DNA of 64,000 nucleotides, from assembly GCA_009773315.1 (NCBI GenBank), contig WRPE01000011.1, positions 132 to 64,131 of the forward strand, written 5' to 3'. Positions 35,582 to 44,988 of the stretch are shown in pieces. Both the position numbers and the translations under genes were made by a program. The DNA comes from Syntrophaceae bacterium (lineage in GTDB: Bacteria > Desulfobacterota > Syntrophia > Syntrophales > Smithellaceae). The notes beneath the pieces are model-generated. The model searched no databases and was not told the origin of the DNA. It saw only the letters and a program-made list of their open reading frames with translations. Each line of letters begins with the position of its first letter. Within the stretch, counting starts at the first letter, position 1.

Positions 35582-36145
35582 CTAACTTTTAACTCTGGTT
35601 AAGTATTCTCCCGTGCGCGTGTCAATGCGGATTTTTTCTCCTTCGGTGACAAAGGTTGGCACGAAGATCGTGTATCCGGTCTGTACTTTAACCGGTTTGG
35701 TCGCGCCGGATACGGTGTCGCCTTTCGCCCAGGGTTCGGCTTCGGTGACAATCAGTTCGACAAAGTTGGGCAGGCTGATGCCGATGGGCCGGTCTTCAAA
35801 CAGTAGAATTTCCACTTCGATATTATCCAGTAAAAAGTTTACCGCATCCCCGACCTGTGCTTCCGTCAGATAAACCTGCTCGTAGTTTTCATTGTCCATG
35901 AAACAATATTTGTCGCCTTCCTTGTAGAGGTACTGCATTTTCTTTTCGCGCAGATCGGCCGTTTCAAAGTTGTCCACGGAGCGGAAGGTGCGTTCGAACT
36001 GGTTGCCGTTGAGCATGTTTTTGAGCTTGGTGCGATACAGAGCCTGTCCCTTACCGGGCTTGACAAAGTTAAATTCAGTGATGATGAAGGGTTCGTTGTC
36101 GATTTTCAGGCGCAGCCCTTTTCTTAAATCGCTGGCGGTGTACAT
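35582..36145 (-). CDS. efp: Translation elongation factor P
   Basis: Starts MYTASDLRKGL...FVKPGKGQALYRTKLKN, with the conserved modified Lys in the PGKGQA loop. Three-domain length, 187 aa. Confidence 0.97.
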   Translation of the reverse strand: MYTASDLRKGLRLKIDNEPFIITEFNFVKPGKGQALYRTKLKNMLNGNQFERTFRSVDNFETADLREKKMQYLYKEGDKYCFMDNENYEQVYLTEAQVGDAVNFLLDNIEVEILLFEDRPIGISLPNFVELIVTEAEPWAKGDTVSGATKPVKVQTGYTIFVPTFVTEGEKIRIDTRTGEYLTRVKS

Positions 36146-36215
36146 AACTGCTAATCTCCTTGGCTACCGGTTATCCGGTAATTGATTAATTTCTTTGATG
36201 CTCTTCCTAATCTAA

Positions 36216-37343
36216 TTATTCAAAATTGTCAAAAAAATCTTGATGTTTCTTTAAATCATTTTTTATCGATTTGGACAGGGCCAGTATGGGGACTTTCCCT
36301 GTTTGTCCCGGCAGATCGGCCACGTATTGCGGCAATGCCAGTCCGGAGCAATGTCTGCGGAGTTCCTCCATTATGGTCAGACCTTCCCGAATATCCGTGC
36401 GAAAATGGCCGCAGCCCTTCACCGGTTCGCAGTGAAAAAGATAATAAGGACGGACGGATATCTTTTGCAATCCATATAACAGGCGTTGCATGACGTCCGG
36501 CGAATTGTTCACGTCTTTAAGCAAAACCGATTGGTTGGAGACAGGGATACCTGCTTCCTGGAGCATATTGCAGGCGCGCGTGGCATCCGCTGTGATCTCG
36601 GTGGGATGATTGAATTGCGTGTTAAACCACAACGGACGGTAGCGTCTGAGTATCCGGCAGAGGTCTTTCGTGATCCTCATCGGCAAAACCGAGGGCATGC
36701 GACTGCCGATGCGCAACACCTCCACATGCGGTATGGCCGCAAACGAGGCCAGGATCATTTCCAGTTTCCCGTCGTCGTAAGTGAGTGGGTCGCCGCCGGA
36801 AAGAATGACTTCACGGACTTTAGGAGAATCCGATACATAGCGAACCATTTTTCTCAACCGGTTTTTAAATGTGTGTGCTTCCGGGGTTTTCCAAAAACGC
36901 TTGCGATTGCAATACCGGCAATAAGTGGCGCAGGTTTTGGTGACTATGGCCAGAGCGCGGTCGGGATAGCGATGAATCAGTTTCGGCGCCGGCATGCAAC
37001 TGTCTTCATTCAGAGGATCCGCAGGACTGTTTGGCAAAACTGAAATTTCCTTCAAATCGGGGATGCACTGCAAAGCGAGGGGGTCGTTTTCCTCGTCTTG
37101 CTGAATCAATGATAAATAGTAAGGGGTGATTGCCATAGGATAGGCGGAAAGCACAGGGCGAATTTTTTCCACCCAAGGCATCGACCTGCCCAAAATCCTG
37201 GCCAACTCTTTTATGGATGTGACACGGTTTTGAAATTGCCAGCGCCAGTCTTGCCAATTTTGGACAGACATATTGGGGAAGTGAGAAAACAGGATTTTAT
37301 TGTTCATAACATTTTCAACCGTTTGCGGCGAATTGCGTATCAC
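36216..37343 (-). CDS. epmB: EF-P beta-lysylation protein EpmB (lysine 2,3-aminomutase family, radical SAM)
   Basis: KamA-family N-terminus (WQDWRWQFQNR) and CATYCRYCNRK (CxxxCxxC). The start is uncertain (GTG 37343, ATG 37307 or ATG 37271); none has a clear SD. Confidence 0.88.
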   Translation of the reverse strand: MIRNSPQTVENVMNNKILFSHFPNMSVQNWQDWRWQFQNRVTSIKELARILGRSMPWVEKIRPVLSAYPMAITPYYLSLIQQDEENDPLALQCIPDLKEISVLPNSPADPLNEDSCMPAPKLIHRYPDRALAIVTKTCATYCRYCNRKRFWKTPEAHTFKNRLRKMVRYVSDSPKVREVILSGGDPLTYDDGKLEMILASFAAIPHVEVLRIGSRMPSVLPMRITKDLCRILRRYRPLWFNTQFNHPTEITADATRACNMLQEAGIPVSNQSVLLKDVNNSPDVMQRLLYGLQKISVRPYYLFHCEPVKGCGHFRTDIREGLTIMEELRRHCSGLALPQYVADLPGQTGKVPILALSKSIKNDLKKHQDFFDNFE

Positions 37344-37597
37344 AATTTCTTATCCGTGCAAAGAAAATCCATGCGTTCCGGATGCTAAAAAAACACAGGG
37401 AATTGTTCCCCGGTCATGATAAGCATCCATAACTGTAATCAAGATCGGGAGAATCCCATTGGACTCTATTCAAAAACGTAAAGAACGGGTGGCGATGGTG
37501 GGAGATTCAAAGTTTATCAGGTTCAACGCTGATATCAATGAAATCAGGAGGAAACAAAAACCGGGTCCCGCATGATTTCATTTATTCTTTTCATTTA

Positions 37598-37626
37598 TTG
37601 ACATTCCTATCCATCTATATTAATAA
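37598..37626 (+). promoter_or_regulatory. Candidate promoter of the lipoprotein gene
   Basis: TTGACA at 37598-37603, 17-nt spacer, TAATAA at 37621-37626. Two TTTCATTTATT direct repeats precede it. Confidence 0.4.
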
Positions 37627-37663
37627 TGTTCCAAGATAAAACTTCAGGAGAGGAGTAGTCATT

Positions 37664-38299
37664 ATGAAAAAATCAAGTGTTTTGATGGGTCGTTTGGTCT
37701 TGTCGGTTTCAGGGATTTTTCTGGTTGCATTGATGATCGGTTGCAGTTCTATTGGTTCCAGCGTCAGTACTACGCCAGTTGCTTTAAAGGGCGTTTTTAT
37801 GGATGGTCCGGTTGGCGGTATAAGTTATGCCACGGCAACACTCAAAGGTGTAACCGGGGCGGACGGCATGTTTAAATACAATCCGGGCGAGACGGTTGCG
37901 TTTTCAGTAGGCAGTCTGACACTCGGTTCTGCCTCGGGCAAACCGGTTGTGACTCCCCTGGATCTTTTTCCGGACGCCAAGGATGCATCCGATCAGCGCG
38001 TGGTGAATATCTGCGTTTTGCTTCAGACGCTAGATCAGGATGGTAATGCCGAAAACGGCATTCTGATTACCGAAAAATCAGCCTCCTTCGTGTCACAATA
38101 TGGGAAAGACATCAATTTCAATAAACCGGTTAGAGCCTTTTCGTTTGACGCCGGATTTCGCAGCGTGATGGCCGAATTGAACGATGTTGACGCATTCGGC
38201 GCAATACCCAGAGCCGTAAAACCGCCGGCCTTAGCTCAGAAGCACCTGGCGGCGACGCTTGCAGGCCTGAAAAAAAAGGAAACACCAGCCCAAAAATAA
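37664..38299 (+). CDS. Hypothetical lipoprotein, 211 aa
   Basis: Signal peptide with lipobox LMIGCSS and SD GGAGAGGAG upstream. No catalytic motif recognised. Confidence 0.6.
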   Translation: MKKSSVLMGRLVLSVSGIFLVALMIGCSSIGSSVSTTPVALKGVFMDGPVGGISYATATLKGVTGADGMFKYNPGETVAFSVGSLTLGSASGKPVVTPLDLFPDAKDASDQRVVNICVLLQTLDQDGNAENGILITEKSASFVSQYGKDINFNKPVRAFSFDAGFRSVMAELNDVDAFGAIPRAVKPPALAQKHLAATLAGLKKKETPAQK

Positions 38300-38323
38300 T
38301 TTATTCATCATAGCAAATTTCAA

Positions 38324-38351
38324 AGGGCTTTTGCCGCAAGGTGAAAGCCCT
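38324..38351. terminator. Bidirectional terminator hairpin between convergent genes
   Basis: AGGGCTTT (38324-38331) pairs with AAAGCCCT (38344-38351) around a 12-nt loop. A/T-rich tracts flank it on both sides. Confidence 0.5.
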
Positions 38352-38369
38352 CAGTTTATCATTCGTTTC

Positions 38370-39326
38370 CTATTTGCCTTTATACAAATACCGCTCAAAG
38401 AATCGGTTGTAGCTTGTCCAGTCGGAATCGGTATTGGCGGCGTCGGCGGCGACGAAGCTTTGAAACGCGTTGACCTTGGCGTCGAGGTCGTCCATAAAAT
38501 GGATGACCAGCGCTTCCATGGTCTTCGGGCGTTTGGGAGAACCGTATTCAAATTCGCCGTGATGGCTTAAGATGATATGGCGCAACTCGAGTGCGATCTG
38601 TGATGGAAAATCCGGGATGCCCTCGATTTTTTTGTTGATCATTTCCACGCCCATGACCAGATGACCAATCATCCGGCCTTCGTCGCTGTATGCAATCAGG
38701 CTTTCATAAGAGAATTCGTAAATTTTGCCGATGTCGTGCAGCATGCCGCCGGCGATCAGCAAATCTCTGTTTAATTGCGGATAATGATCCGCTGCGCGGT
38801 CAAGCAGTTGCACGACGGAAAGCGTATGTTCGAGCAGACCGCCCAGGTAGATATGGTGAAAACCTTTGGCCGCCGGTGCTCGCCGGAAAAGTTCAGCCGT
38901 TTTTTCATCATGAAAAAAAGCGGCGAGCAGTTTTTTTATAGGTTCGGATGAAATGGTATCGATGAAAGCAAGAATGTCTTGAAACATCGCCATCGTATCC
39001 ATCTTACTGACCGGCAGATAATCCGACGTATCAATGTCTTCCGAGGCGCAGGGTTTAATCGTGATAATGGATATCTGAAGCGCGTTGCGGTAACTGAGCG
39101 CCCGGCCTTCGATAAAGATTATATCGCCTTTTTTAAAGACGCGATCCAACTCCACGGCGTTATCCCAGACCTTTCCGTCCATTTCGCCCGTTTTGTCTTT
39201 CAATCGGATGTTTAAATAAGCTGAGCCTTTCTGGGAAAAGGCCATGCTCTTTTCCGCGACTAAAAATGAAGAAGCGATTTTATCGCCCTGCTTGATGTCT
39301 TGAAGATAGATTTCTTTGGTTTTCAA
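38370..39326 (-). CDS. YhaM-like 3'-5' exoribonuclease (OB-fold plus HD domain)
   Basis: N-terminal OB-fold region (FLVAEKSMAFSQKGSAYLNIRLKDKTGEMDGKVWD) and HD domain (GGLLEHTLSV...GMLHDIGK...ILSHHG). Confidence 0.75.
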   Translation of the reverse strand: MKTKEIYLQDIKQGDKIASSFLVAEKSMAFSQKGSAYLNIRLKDKTGEMDGKVWDNAVELDRVFKKGDIIFIEGRALSYRNALQISIITIKPCASEDIDTSDYLPVSKMDTMAMFQDILAFIDTISSEPIKKLLAAFFHDEKTAELFRRAPAAKGFHHIYLGGLLEHTLSVVQLLDRAADHYPQLNRDLLIAGGMLHDIGKIYEFSYESLIAYSDEGRMIGHLVMGVEMINKKIEGIPDFPSQIALELRHIILSHHGEFEYGSPKRPKTMEALVIHFMDDLDAKVNAFQSFVAADAANTDSDWTSYNRFFERYLYKGK

Positions 39327-39371
39327 ATGAACCGCCTTTCTTGAGAAGTCATATTTTTTGAGAGATATTTT

Positions 39372-41285
39372 TTAGAGTTTTTCCCGCAATATCCGGTGAT
39401 CTCCCACGCGCACTGTCAATTTACTGGTGTCGAAATATTCCATGAGCGGAATGATGTATTTGCGCGAGAGTCCTGTTAATTCTTTAAAAGTTGCCGGTGT
39501 CGCCTGACCGTCCCGGGCAAGCTGTGCTTTGTAATCTTCACGCAATTTGGTAAGCGCCTCGCGCGCAAAGCACAGATCTTCATTGATCTTGATGAGTTCG
39601 CCGTCTTTGAGCATTAGTTTGACGATATGTTGCGCCTTGCCTTTCGAATCTTTAAAGCCGTTCATGACGTCGGAAAGAGACGGTGGCGTTAGTCCGGTCT
39701 GCATATAAGTTGATGCAATGGATTGACGTAAGGCGTCCTCTTCACCCGCCAGTTGCACGAGATAGGATGCCAATCGGACGTTGTCCTTATCGCTGACGAG
39801 GATTTCTTTTTTTCCGAGACTTGCGAGGATCAGGTTAAAGAGTTTGGCGGACACCGTAGCGGCTAGCGCGGCCTTGAGTTCTTCCTTGGATATGCCTTCC
39901 TTCAAAGGATTTTTCCTGTGATAGTCCGCGAGGCTTTTAATAATGAGTTCTTCCAGTTGAGCATACAAATGGACGGATACGGAGGTTGTGTCGTCGCTGG
40001 AAAGCAAGATGGCCTGGCGGCTGGAAAATAATTTCTCCAGCGCCTCACGGATTTTTTTGACATGGACGCCCAGTCGAAAAGCGAGCGACTGGATATTGAT
40101 GCCGGCGAAACCGGCCCGTTCTAATAGAACGGAAATTTTTTCCGGCAAGGCGCCACTTTGCAGGGTTTGTAGATCGTCGAGTATTTTTATATTTTTTCTT
40201 TTATGTTTTCCCGGCAACGGATCGAGAATCCGACCGCCGCCGATGGTGGTCACCGGTGAGTAACTGCGCAGTACGAAGTGATCGCCCGCTACCACCACAT
40301 CCTCATCGGCCAGAATGAGCTGGGCAAAGGATTTTTCGCCGGGGGATAGTTCATCCGCATCCAGCAGAACAATTCGCGTCATGATTTCCGTCGTTCCGGT
40401 GTGCAAACGCACCAACGCCCGATTTTTCAGTTTCCGGGTATTTCCGGCCAGGTATTCAAAAGCCACATCAAGCCTTTGTGTGGGGCAGACCGTCTGTGGA
40501 CGCACCAAAACATTGCCTCGTTCCAGCGTCGATTTTTCAATGCCCTGGAGATTGACGGCGGTGCGCTGGCCGCTGAAAGCTTCTTCCACGGGGGCATTGT
40601 GCACCTGGATGCCCCGGATCCGCGCAGAAATATCTTCCGGCAGAATCTGAATATCTTCACCCACTTTGATCTTATCGGAAATCAGCGTGCCGGTTACCAC
40701 GGTGCCGAATCCTTTCATCGTAAAGATGCGGTCAACCGGCAGACGGAAAATGCCGTCATCGGTTTTTTCTTTCAACTGGTCTACGGTTTTATTAATTTCA
40801 GTCAGCAACGCCTGAACGCCGGTTTCTTTAACCGCCGAAACCGGCACGATGGGCGCATTTTCCAGAAAAGTGCCTTTTAGATAGTCGGTAATTTCGGGGC
40901 GCACCAACTCCAGCCAGTCTTTTTCCACCAGGTCAATTTTGGTCAGAGCCACAAGGCCTGTCGTAATTCCCAAAAGCGAGCAGATTTGCAGATGTTCCTT
41001 CGTTTGCGGCATGACGCCTTCATCTGCGGCGATGACCATTAAAACCAGATCAATACCGGCTGCGCCGGCTACCATGTGTTTGATAAATTTTTCATGTCCC
41101 GGCACATCGACAATGCCGAGTGTATGGCCGGAAGGAAGCCCAAGTGAGGCAAACCCCAGTTCAATGGTAATGCCTCTTTCTTTTTCCTCTTTGAGGCGGT
41201 CGGTGTCAATGCCGGTCAGGGCTTTGATTAACGATGTTTTTCCGTGATCCACATGACCGGCTGTTCCCAAAACGAAATGTTGCAT
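39372..41285 (-). CDS. selB: Selenocysteine-specific translation elongation factor SelB
   Basis: GTPase motifs AGHVDHGKT, DVPGHEKF, TKID. EF-Tu-like domains II/III are followed by a long C-terminal winged-helix extension. ATG 41285 follows AGGA; the ORF-track start 41330 is probably too long. Confidence 0.88.
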   Translation of the reverse strand: MQHFVLGTAGHVDHGKTSLIKALTGIDTDRLKEEKERGITIELGFASLGLPSGHTLGIVDVPGHEKFIKHMVAGAAGIDLVLMVIAADEGVMPQTKEHLQICSLLGITTGLVALTKIDLVEKDWLELVRPEITDYLKGTFLENAPIVPVSAVKETGVQALLTEINKTVDQLKEKTDDGIFRLPVDRIFTMKGFGTVVTGTLISDKIKVGEDIQILPEDISARIRGIQVHNAPVEEAFSGQRTAVNLQGIEKSTLERGNVLVRPQTVCPTQRLDVAFEYLAGNTRKLKNRALVRLHTGTTEIMTRIVLLDADELSPGEKSFAQLILADEDVVVAGDHFVLRSYSPVTTIGGGRILDPLPGKHKRKNIKILDDLQTLQSGALPEKISVLLERAGFAGINIQSLAFRLGVHVKKIREALEKLFSSRQAILLSSDDTTSVSVHLYAQLEELIIKSLADYHRKNPLKEGISKEELKAALAATVSAKLFNLILASLGKKEILVSDKDNVRLASYLVQLAGEEDALRQSIASTYMQTGLTPPSLSDVMNGFKDSKGKAQHIVKLMLKDGELIKINEDLCFAREALTKLREDYKAQLARDGQATPATFKELTGLSRKYIIPLMEYFDTSKLTVRVGDHRILREKL

Positions 41286-41454
41286 GTTTTTTCCTGCTAA
41301 CTCAATTTTAGTGATGAACTGGAATAACAAACTCCCGCCATTTTCACAACATCATATTTCCGGAAACGATGTTCAACAGGGAAAATGGTCGATGATTTAC
41401 TTCTTGAAAAACCTATTCGGAATTGTTAGATAACAAGAAAAATGAGGTGTTTTT

Positions 41455-41886
41455 TTGCGCATTCTTGGTTTGGACTACGGCGAGAAAAGAATCGGCGTGG
41501 CCGTCTGTGATGAGTTGGGGTTGACGGCTCAGGGATTACCGACGCTGATTCGTAAAACAAAAAAACATGATTTAGAAATTTTGAGCCATTGGATTAGAAC
41601 TTACTCGGTTCAGAAAATTGTCATTGGATATCCTTTGCGACTGGATGGTTCCGAAGGCATCCAGTGTGAAAAGGTTAACCGTTTTGCCCGTTTGCTTAAT
41701 AAAACTTTTTTGCTGCCCGTGATGAAATGGCCGGAGACCCTGTCGACCAAAGAGGCTGAAGATATTTTAATTTCGTCCGGTATCCGCTGGCAAAAAAGAA
41801 AGGAAAAAGTAGATCAGTTGGCGGCTTGCCTGATTTTGCAAAATCATCTGGATTGCGCTGATAAATCAACTGCCGGGCAATTTTGA
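41455..41886 (+). CDS. ruvX: Putative pre-16S rRNA nuclease / Holliday junction resolvase-like YqgF
   Basis: Starts MRILGLDYGEKRIGVAVCD, the canonical YqgF N-terminus. 143 aa. Confidence 0.88.
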   Translation: MRILGLDYGEKRIGVAVCDELGLTAQGLPTLIRKTKKHDLEILSHWIRTYSVQKIVIGYPLRLDGSEGIQCEKVNRFARLLNKTFLLPVMKWPETLSTKEAEDILISSGIRWQKRKEKVDQLAACLILQNHLDCADKSTAGQF

Positions 41887-41943
41887 ATTCTGCCCTTTCG
41901 ATATTTCAATTATTTCATGATGTCCTTTAAAATGTGACGAAGA

Positions 41944-42966
41944 ATGAAGATAAAGATAAGAAAAATTTTATTTTATGCCTTTTTACTGACGTGTGGCCTG
42001 GCAATTGTGTTTAGTGTAGGGCTGTTCATCTATGCAAAGACTCCGATTGATGTGGTGAATGTTAAAACCGTACTGGTCGATATTCCGACAGGCACCAGTT
42101 TGATTAAAGTGACGAAAATTCTCATGGATATCGGTTTAGTTGAAAACCGGTTTTTGTTTTATAGTTTAGTCGGAATCAAAGGGGGCACCCGGTCTATTCG
42201 CGCCGGTGAATACGAGTTTGCCACATCTCTTTCCCCATCTGAGCTGGTTGATAAACTTATTCATGGAGATATAAAAAACTATCGTGTAACGATTCATGAG
42301 GATTATTCGCTGAAGGAAGTCGCCGCACGTCTTAAAGAATACAAGTTGATTGATGAAAATGCCTTTTTTGAATTGGCTGAGGATGAGGTGTTTTTATCAT
42401 CTCTAGGTGTTCTGGGATCTTCGATTGAAGGATATCTTTTTCCTGACACATACTTCTTGAATCGCTCCATGAGCACCAGACAGATTATGCGCATGATGGT
42501 GGATCGTTTCTGGAGTAAAATTTCACCGGAAATGATCAATAAGGCAGCGAAAAAAGGTCTTGATACCCATCAATTTGTGACTTTTGCCTCACTTGTCGGT
42601 AAGGAGTCTGGAAGTTCCGCAGAAAAGCCAATGATTGCAGCTGTTTTCTATAATCGGCTGAAAAAGAGAATGCCCCTCCAGAGTGATCCTACTACTGTTT
42701 ATGATCTGAAAGATTTCAATGGGAAAGTTCTGCGGAGTCATTATAAAAGAGAATCTCCTTATAATACATATATTATCAGAGGTTTACCTCCAGGACCCAT
42801 AGCCAATCCGGGCCTGGATTCTTTTCGGGCGACCCTAAATCCGGCGGATGTTGATTACCTCTATTTTGTTTCCCAAAAGGACGGCACTCACTTTTTTTCA
42901 TCATCCTTAAATGATCATAACAATGCGGTCCTGCGTTTTCGCAACGCCACCAACGGTAGCGAATAA
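41944..42966 (+). CDS. mltG: Endolytic murein transglycosylase MltG (YceG-like)
   Basis: N-terminal TM helix and YceG motifs (ASLVGKES, PMIAAVFYNRL, LQSDPTTVY, YNTYIIRGLPPGPIANPG). Confidence 0.88.
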   Translation: MKIKIRKILFYAFLLTCGLAIVFSVGLFIYAKTPIDVVNVKTVLVDIPTGTSLIKVTKILMDIGLVENRFLFYSLVGIKGGTRSIRAGEYEFATSLSPSELVDKLIHGDIKNYRVTIHEDYSLKEVAARLKEYKLIDENAFFELAEDEVFLSSLGVLGSSIEGYLFPDTYFLNRSMSTRQIMRMMVDRFWSKISPEMINKAAKKGLDTHQFVTFASLVGKESGSSAEKPMIAAVFYNRLKKRMPLQSDPTTVYDLKDFNGKVLRSHYKRESPYNTYIIRGLPPGPIANPGLDSFRATLNPADVDYLYFVSQKDGTHFFSSSLNDHNNAVLRFRNATNGSE

Positions 42967-43181
42967 CAGACAGTTGCGATATCTTTCTATTTATATATTT
43001 AATTTTGTTCAGTATTACGACTTATCCCCGCCTTCTTTGTAATGCCGCCCATAACGAATAAATGTTGATTTCAGATTGTCTGGAAAATCTTTCATGTAAA
43101 TCGGTTGTCATAAGAGATTTACATTTCCTGTTTTCTTAGTGATTTTAAGTTACTTGGTAAGAAAAAATATTCATTTTTTTC

Positions 43182-43210
43182 TTGACAAAGCCAGTTTCCC
43201 TCTCTATAGT
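43182..43210 (+). promoter_or_regulatory. Sigma-70-type promoter of the dcw cluster (Pmra-like)
   Basis: TTGACA at 43182-43187, 17-nt spacer, TATAGT at 43205-43210. Confidence 0.6.
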
Positions 43211-43217
43211 CGGCCAT

Positions 43218-43241
43218 GTGGAGTAAAGTGGCTTATTGTGG
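43218..43241 (+). promoter_or_regulatory. Three GTGG direct repeats at 10-bp spacing (candidate MraZ operator)
   Basis: GTGGAG-TAAA-GTGGCT-TATT-GTGGAG, with GTGG at 43218, 43228 and 43238. It lies between the -10 hexamer and the mraZ start. Confidence 0.5.
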
Positions 43242-43252
43242 AGGGGATTAGA

Positions 43253-43699
43253 GTGTCTGATTTTCGTGGCCAATATCATCACAGCATTGATGAAAAAGGG
43301 AGAATAATCTTCCCGTCCAAGTTCCGCGACGTATTTGCGGAAAAGTATGACAATCGAATGGTCATTACGAATTGGGATGGGTATTTAATAGTATTCCCCT
43401 TTGCTGAATGGCGAATCATTGAAGAAAAAGTATCACAAAAGCCCATCCTGAACAAGGGGTTTCGCGATTTTCAACGATTTTTTATGTCCGGAGCTGTGGA
43501 CTGTAATTTGGATAGTCAGGGACGAGTGCTGATTCCCCCGACGCTGCGCGAATATGCGAGACTGGAAAAAGATATTATCCTGGCAGGAATGCTGAAAAAT
43601 ATAGAAATCTGGCCAAAAGACCGTTTTGAAGAAAAAATAAAAATGGCCAGTGGCGAAATTGACAGAGATAACGATATCGCTGCCGATCTGGGGATATGA
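43253..43699 (+). CDS. mraZ: Transcriptional regulator MraZ
   Basis: [22 protein letters not shown] and a second [13 protein letters not shown] SpoVT-AbrB repeat. GTG 43253 follows SD GGAGGGG; the ORF-track start 43139 is probably too long. Confidence 0.9.
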   Translation: MSDFRGQYHHSIDEKGRIIFPSKFRDVFAEKYDNRMVITNWDGYLIVFPFAEWRIIEEKVSQKPILNKGFRDFQRFFMSGAVDCNLDSQGRVLIPPTLREYARLEKDIILAGMLKNIEIWPKDRFEEKIKMASGEIDRDNDIAADLGI

Positions 43700-44637
43700 C
43701 CATGAGCGCCGATTTTACTCATGAGCCGGTGATGCGGGAGGAAGTGTTGTCGTGGCTGGTGGGAAATAAAACCGGCATTTACGTGGACGGCACGATAGGC
43801 GGCGCGGGGCATGCCCGCACGATTCTGGAACAGACTGAGGCCACGCTGATCGGAATAGATTGCGACGCAGAGGCCCTCAAGGCTGCCGAAGAGAGGCTGG
43901 CGCCGTTCGGATTGCGCAAGGTCTTAATCAAGGCAAACTTTGCCGATCTGGTCTCCGTGCTGAAAGACTTGCATATTGATAAAGTTGATGGTGTGCTGCT
44001 GGATTTGGGGGTTTCTTCCCATCAACTGAATACGGCGCACAGGGGGTTTAGTTTCAGCCAGGTAGCGCCACTAGATATGCGGATGGATCAAGATTTGAGG
44101 TTTTGCGCTTATGATATTGTCAACCATTTCACGCTAGCTGAACTGGAAAAGATTATCAAGTTATACGGGGAAGAAAAAATGGCCGCAAGAATCGCCAGGG
44201 CGATATCGCGAGTAAGACAAGTCTCTCCGATTGAGACGACGGTGACGTTGGCCGCTCTTGTTGCCTCGGTCATGCCTGCCCACATGAAGCGGCAAAAGAT
44301 CCATCCCGCCACCCGCACTTTTCAGGCGTTGCGGATTGCCGTCAACCGCGAACTCGATTGTATTGTTCCGGCGATAGAAGGCGCCATAGGCGCGCTTTCG
44401 GTCGGTGGACGCCTTTGCGTGATTTCCTTTCACTCGCTGGAGGACCGGATCGTTAAAAATACCTTTCGCGATCTGGCGGCGACCTGTGTTTGTCCGAAAG
44501 ATATTCCTTACTGCGTTTGTCAAAAAAAAGCCGTCCTGAAAGTTTTGACGCGTAAAGCGGTGGTGCCTTCCATAAGCGAAACTCAGCTAAACCCGCGTGC
44601 CCGTAGCGCAAAGTTGCGTGTGGCAGAGAGGATTTAA
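43696..44637 (+). CDS. rsmH: 16S rRNA (cytosine1402-N4)-methyltransferase RsmH
   Basis: [10 protein letters not shown]...[10 protein letters not shown]...[10 protein letters not shown]...[12 protein letters not shown], canonical RsmH motifs. Confidence 0.95.
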   Translation: MTMSADFTHEPVMREEVLSWLVGNKTGIYVDGTIGGAGHARTILEQTEATLIGIDCDAEALKAAEERLAPFGLRKVLIKANFADLVSVLKDLHIDKVDGVLLDLGVSSHQLNTAHRGFSFSQVAPLDMRMDQDLRFCAYDIVNHFTLAELEKIIKLYGEEKMAARIARAISRVRQVSPIETTVTLAALVASVMPAHMKRQKIHPATRTFQALRIAVNRELDCIVPAIEGAIGALSVGGRLCVISFHSLEDRIVKNTFRDLAATCVCPKDIPYCVCQKKAVLKVLTRKAVVPSISETQLNPRARSAKLRVAERI

Positions 44638-44638
44638 A

Positions 44639-44986
44639 ATGGCGCAGACTGCAGGAACACAGGCCATTCCACAGAGCCGACAAATCAAAGAAGCGACCAC
44701 CGCCTCTTTCGGTGTGAAGTATCCTACATTTATTGTGGTGGCTCTTGTCTTGATGTTTGTCGCAGTGATTTATGTCGGTTCGCACATCCGCATGACCAAG
44801 ATGGAATATGGTATTGCCGCAGCGTTAAATGCCAGAGAAAATTTACTGGAAGAACAAAAGAGACTGAAACTGGAGTTAGCAATGCTCAAAGCGCCGCAGA
44901 GAATTGAAGATATTGCCAGAAATAAGCTGCAGATGTCCTATCCCACTGCGGAGCAGGTGATTGTTTTAAAACAAACGGGGAAGTGA
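44639..44986 (+). CDS. ftsL: Cell division protein FtsL
   Basis: Small bitopic protein with one TM helix followed by a coiled coil. It sits between rsmH and ftsI. ATG 44639 follows SD AGAGAGGA. Confidence 0.7.
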   Translation: MAQTAGTQAIPQSRQIKEATTASFGVKYPTFIVVALVLMFVAVIYVGSHIRMTKMEYGIAAALNARENLLEEQKRLKLELAMLKAPQRIEDIARNKLQMSYPTAEQVIVLKQTGK

Positions 44987-44988
44987 GT

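Noticed and set aside
37380-37428. Nested hairpin (GGATGCT...AGCATCC enclosing GGGAA-TTG-TTCCC) in the divergent epmB/lipoprotein intergenic region, considered as a possible small RNA or riboswitch.
   Set aside because: The stems are short (7 bp and 5 bp). I recognise no conserved riboswitch core, and no promoter or terminator pair frames it. Evidence is insufficient.
29175-41454. The minus-strand block (29.4-41.3 kb) as a recent inversion or island bounded by repeats.
   Set aside because: Only the left boundary carries a REP copy; the right boundary (41331-41454) has none. The gene content (tol-pal, efp, selB) is core. I see no obvious compositional break by eye, though GC skew could not be computed here.
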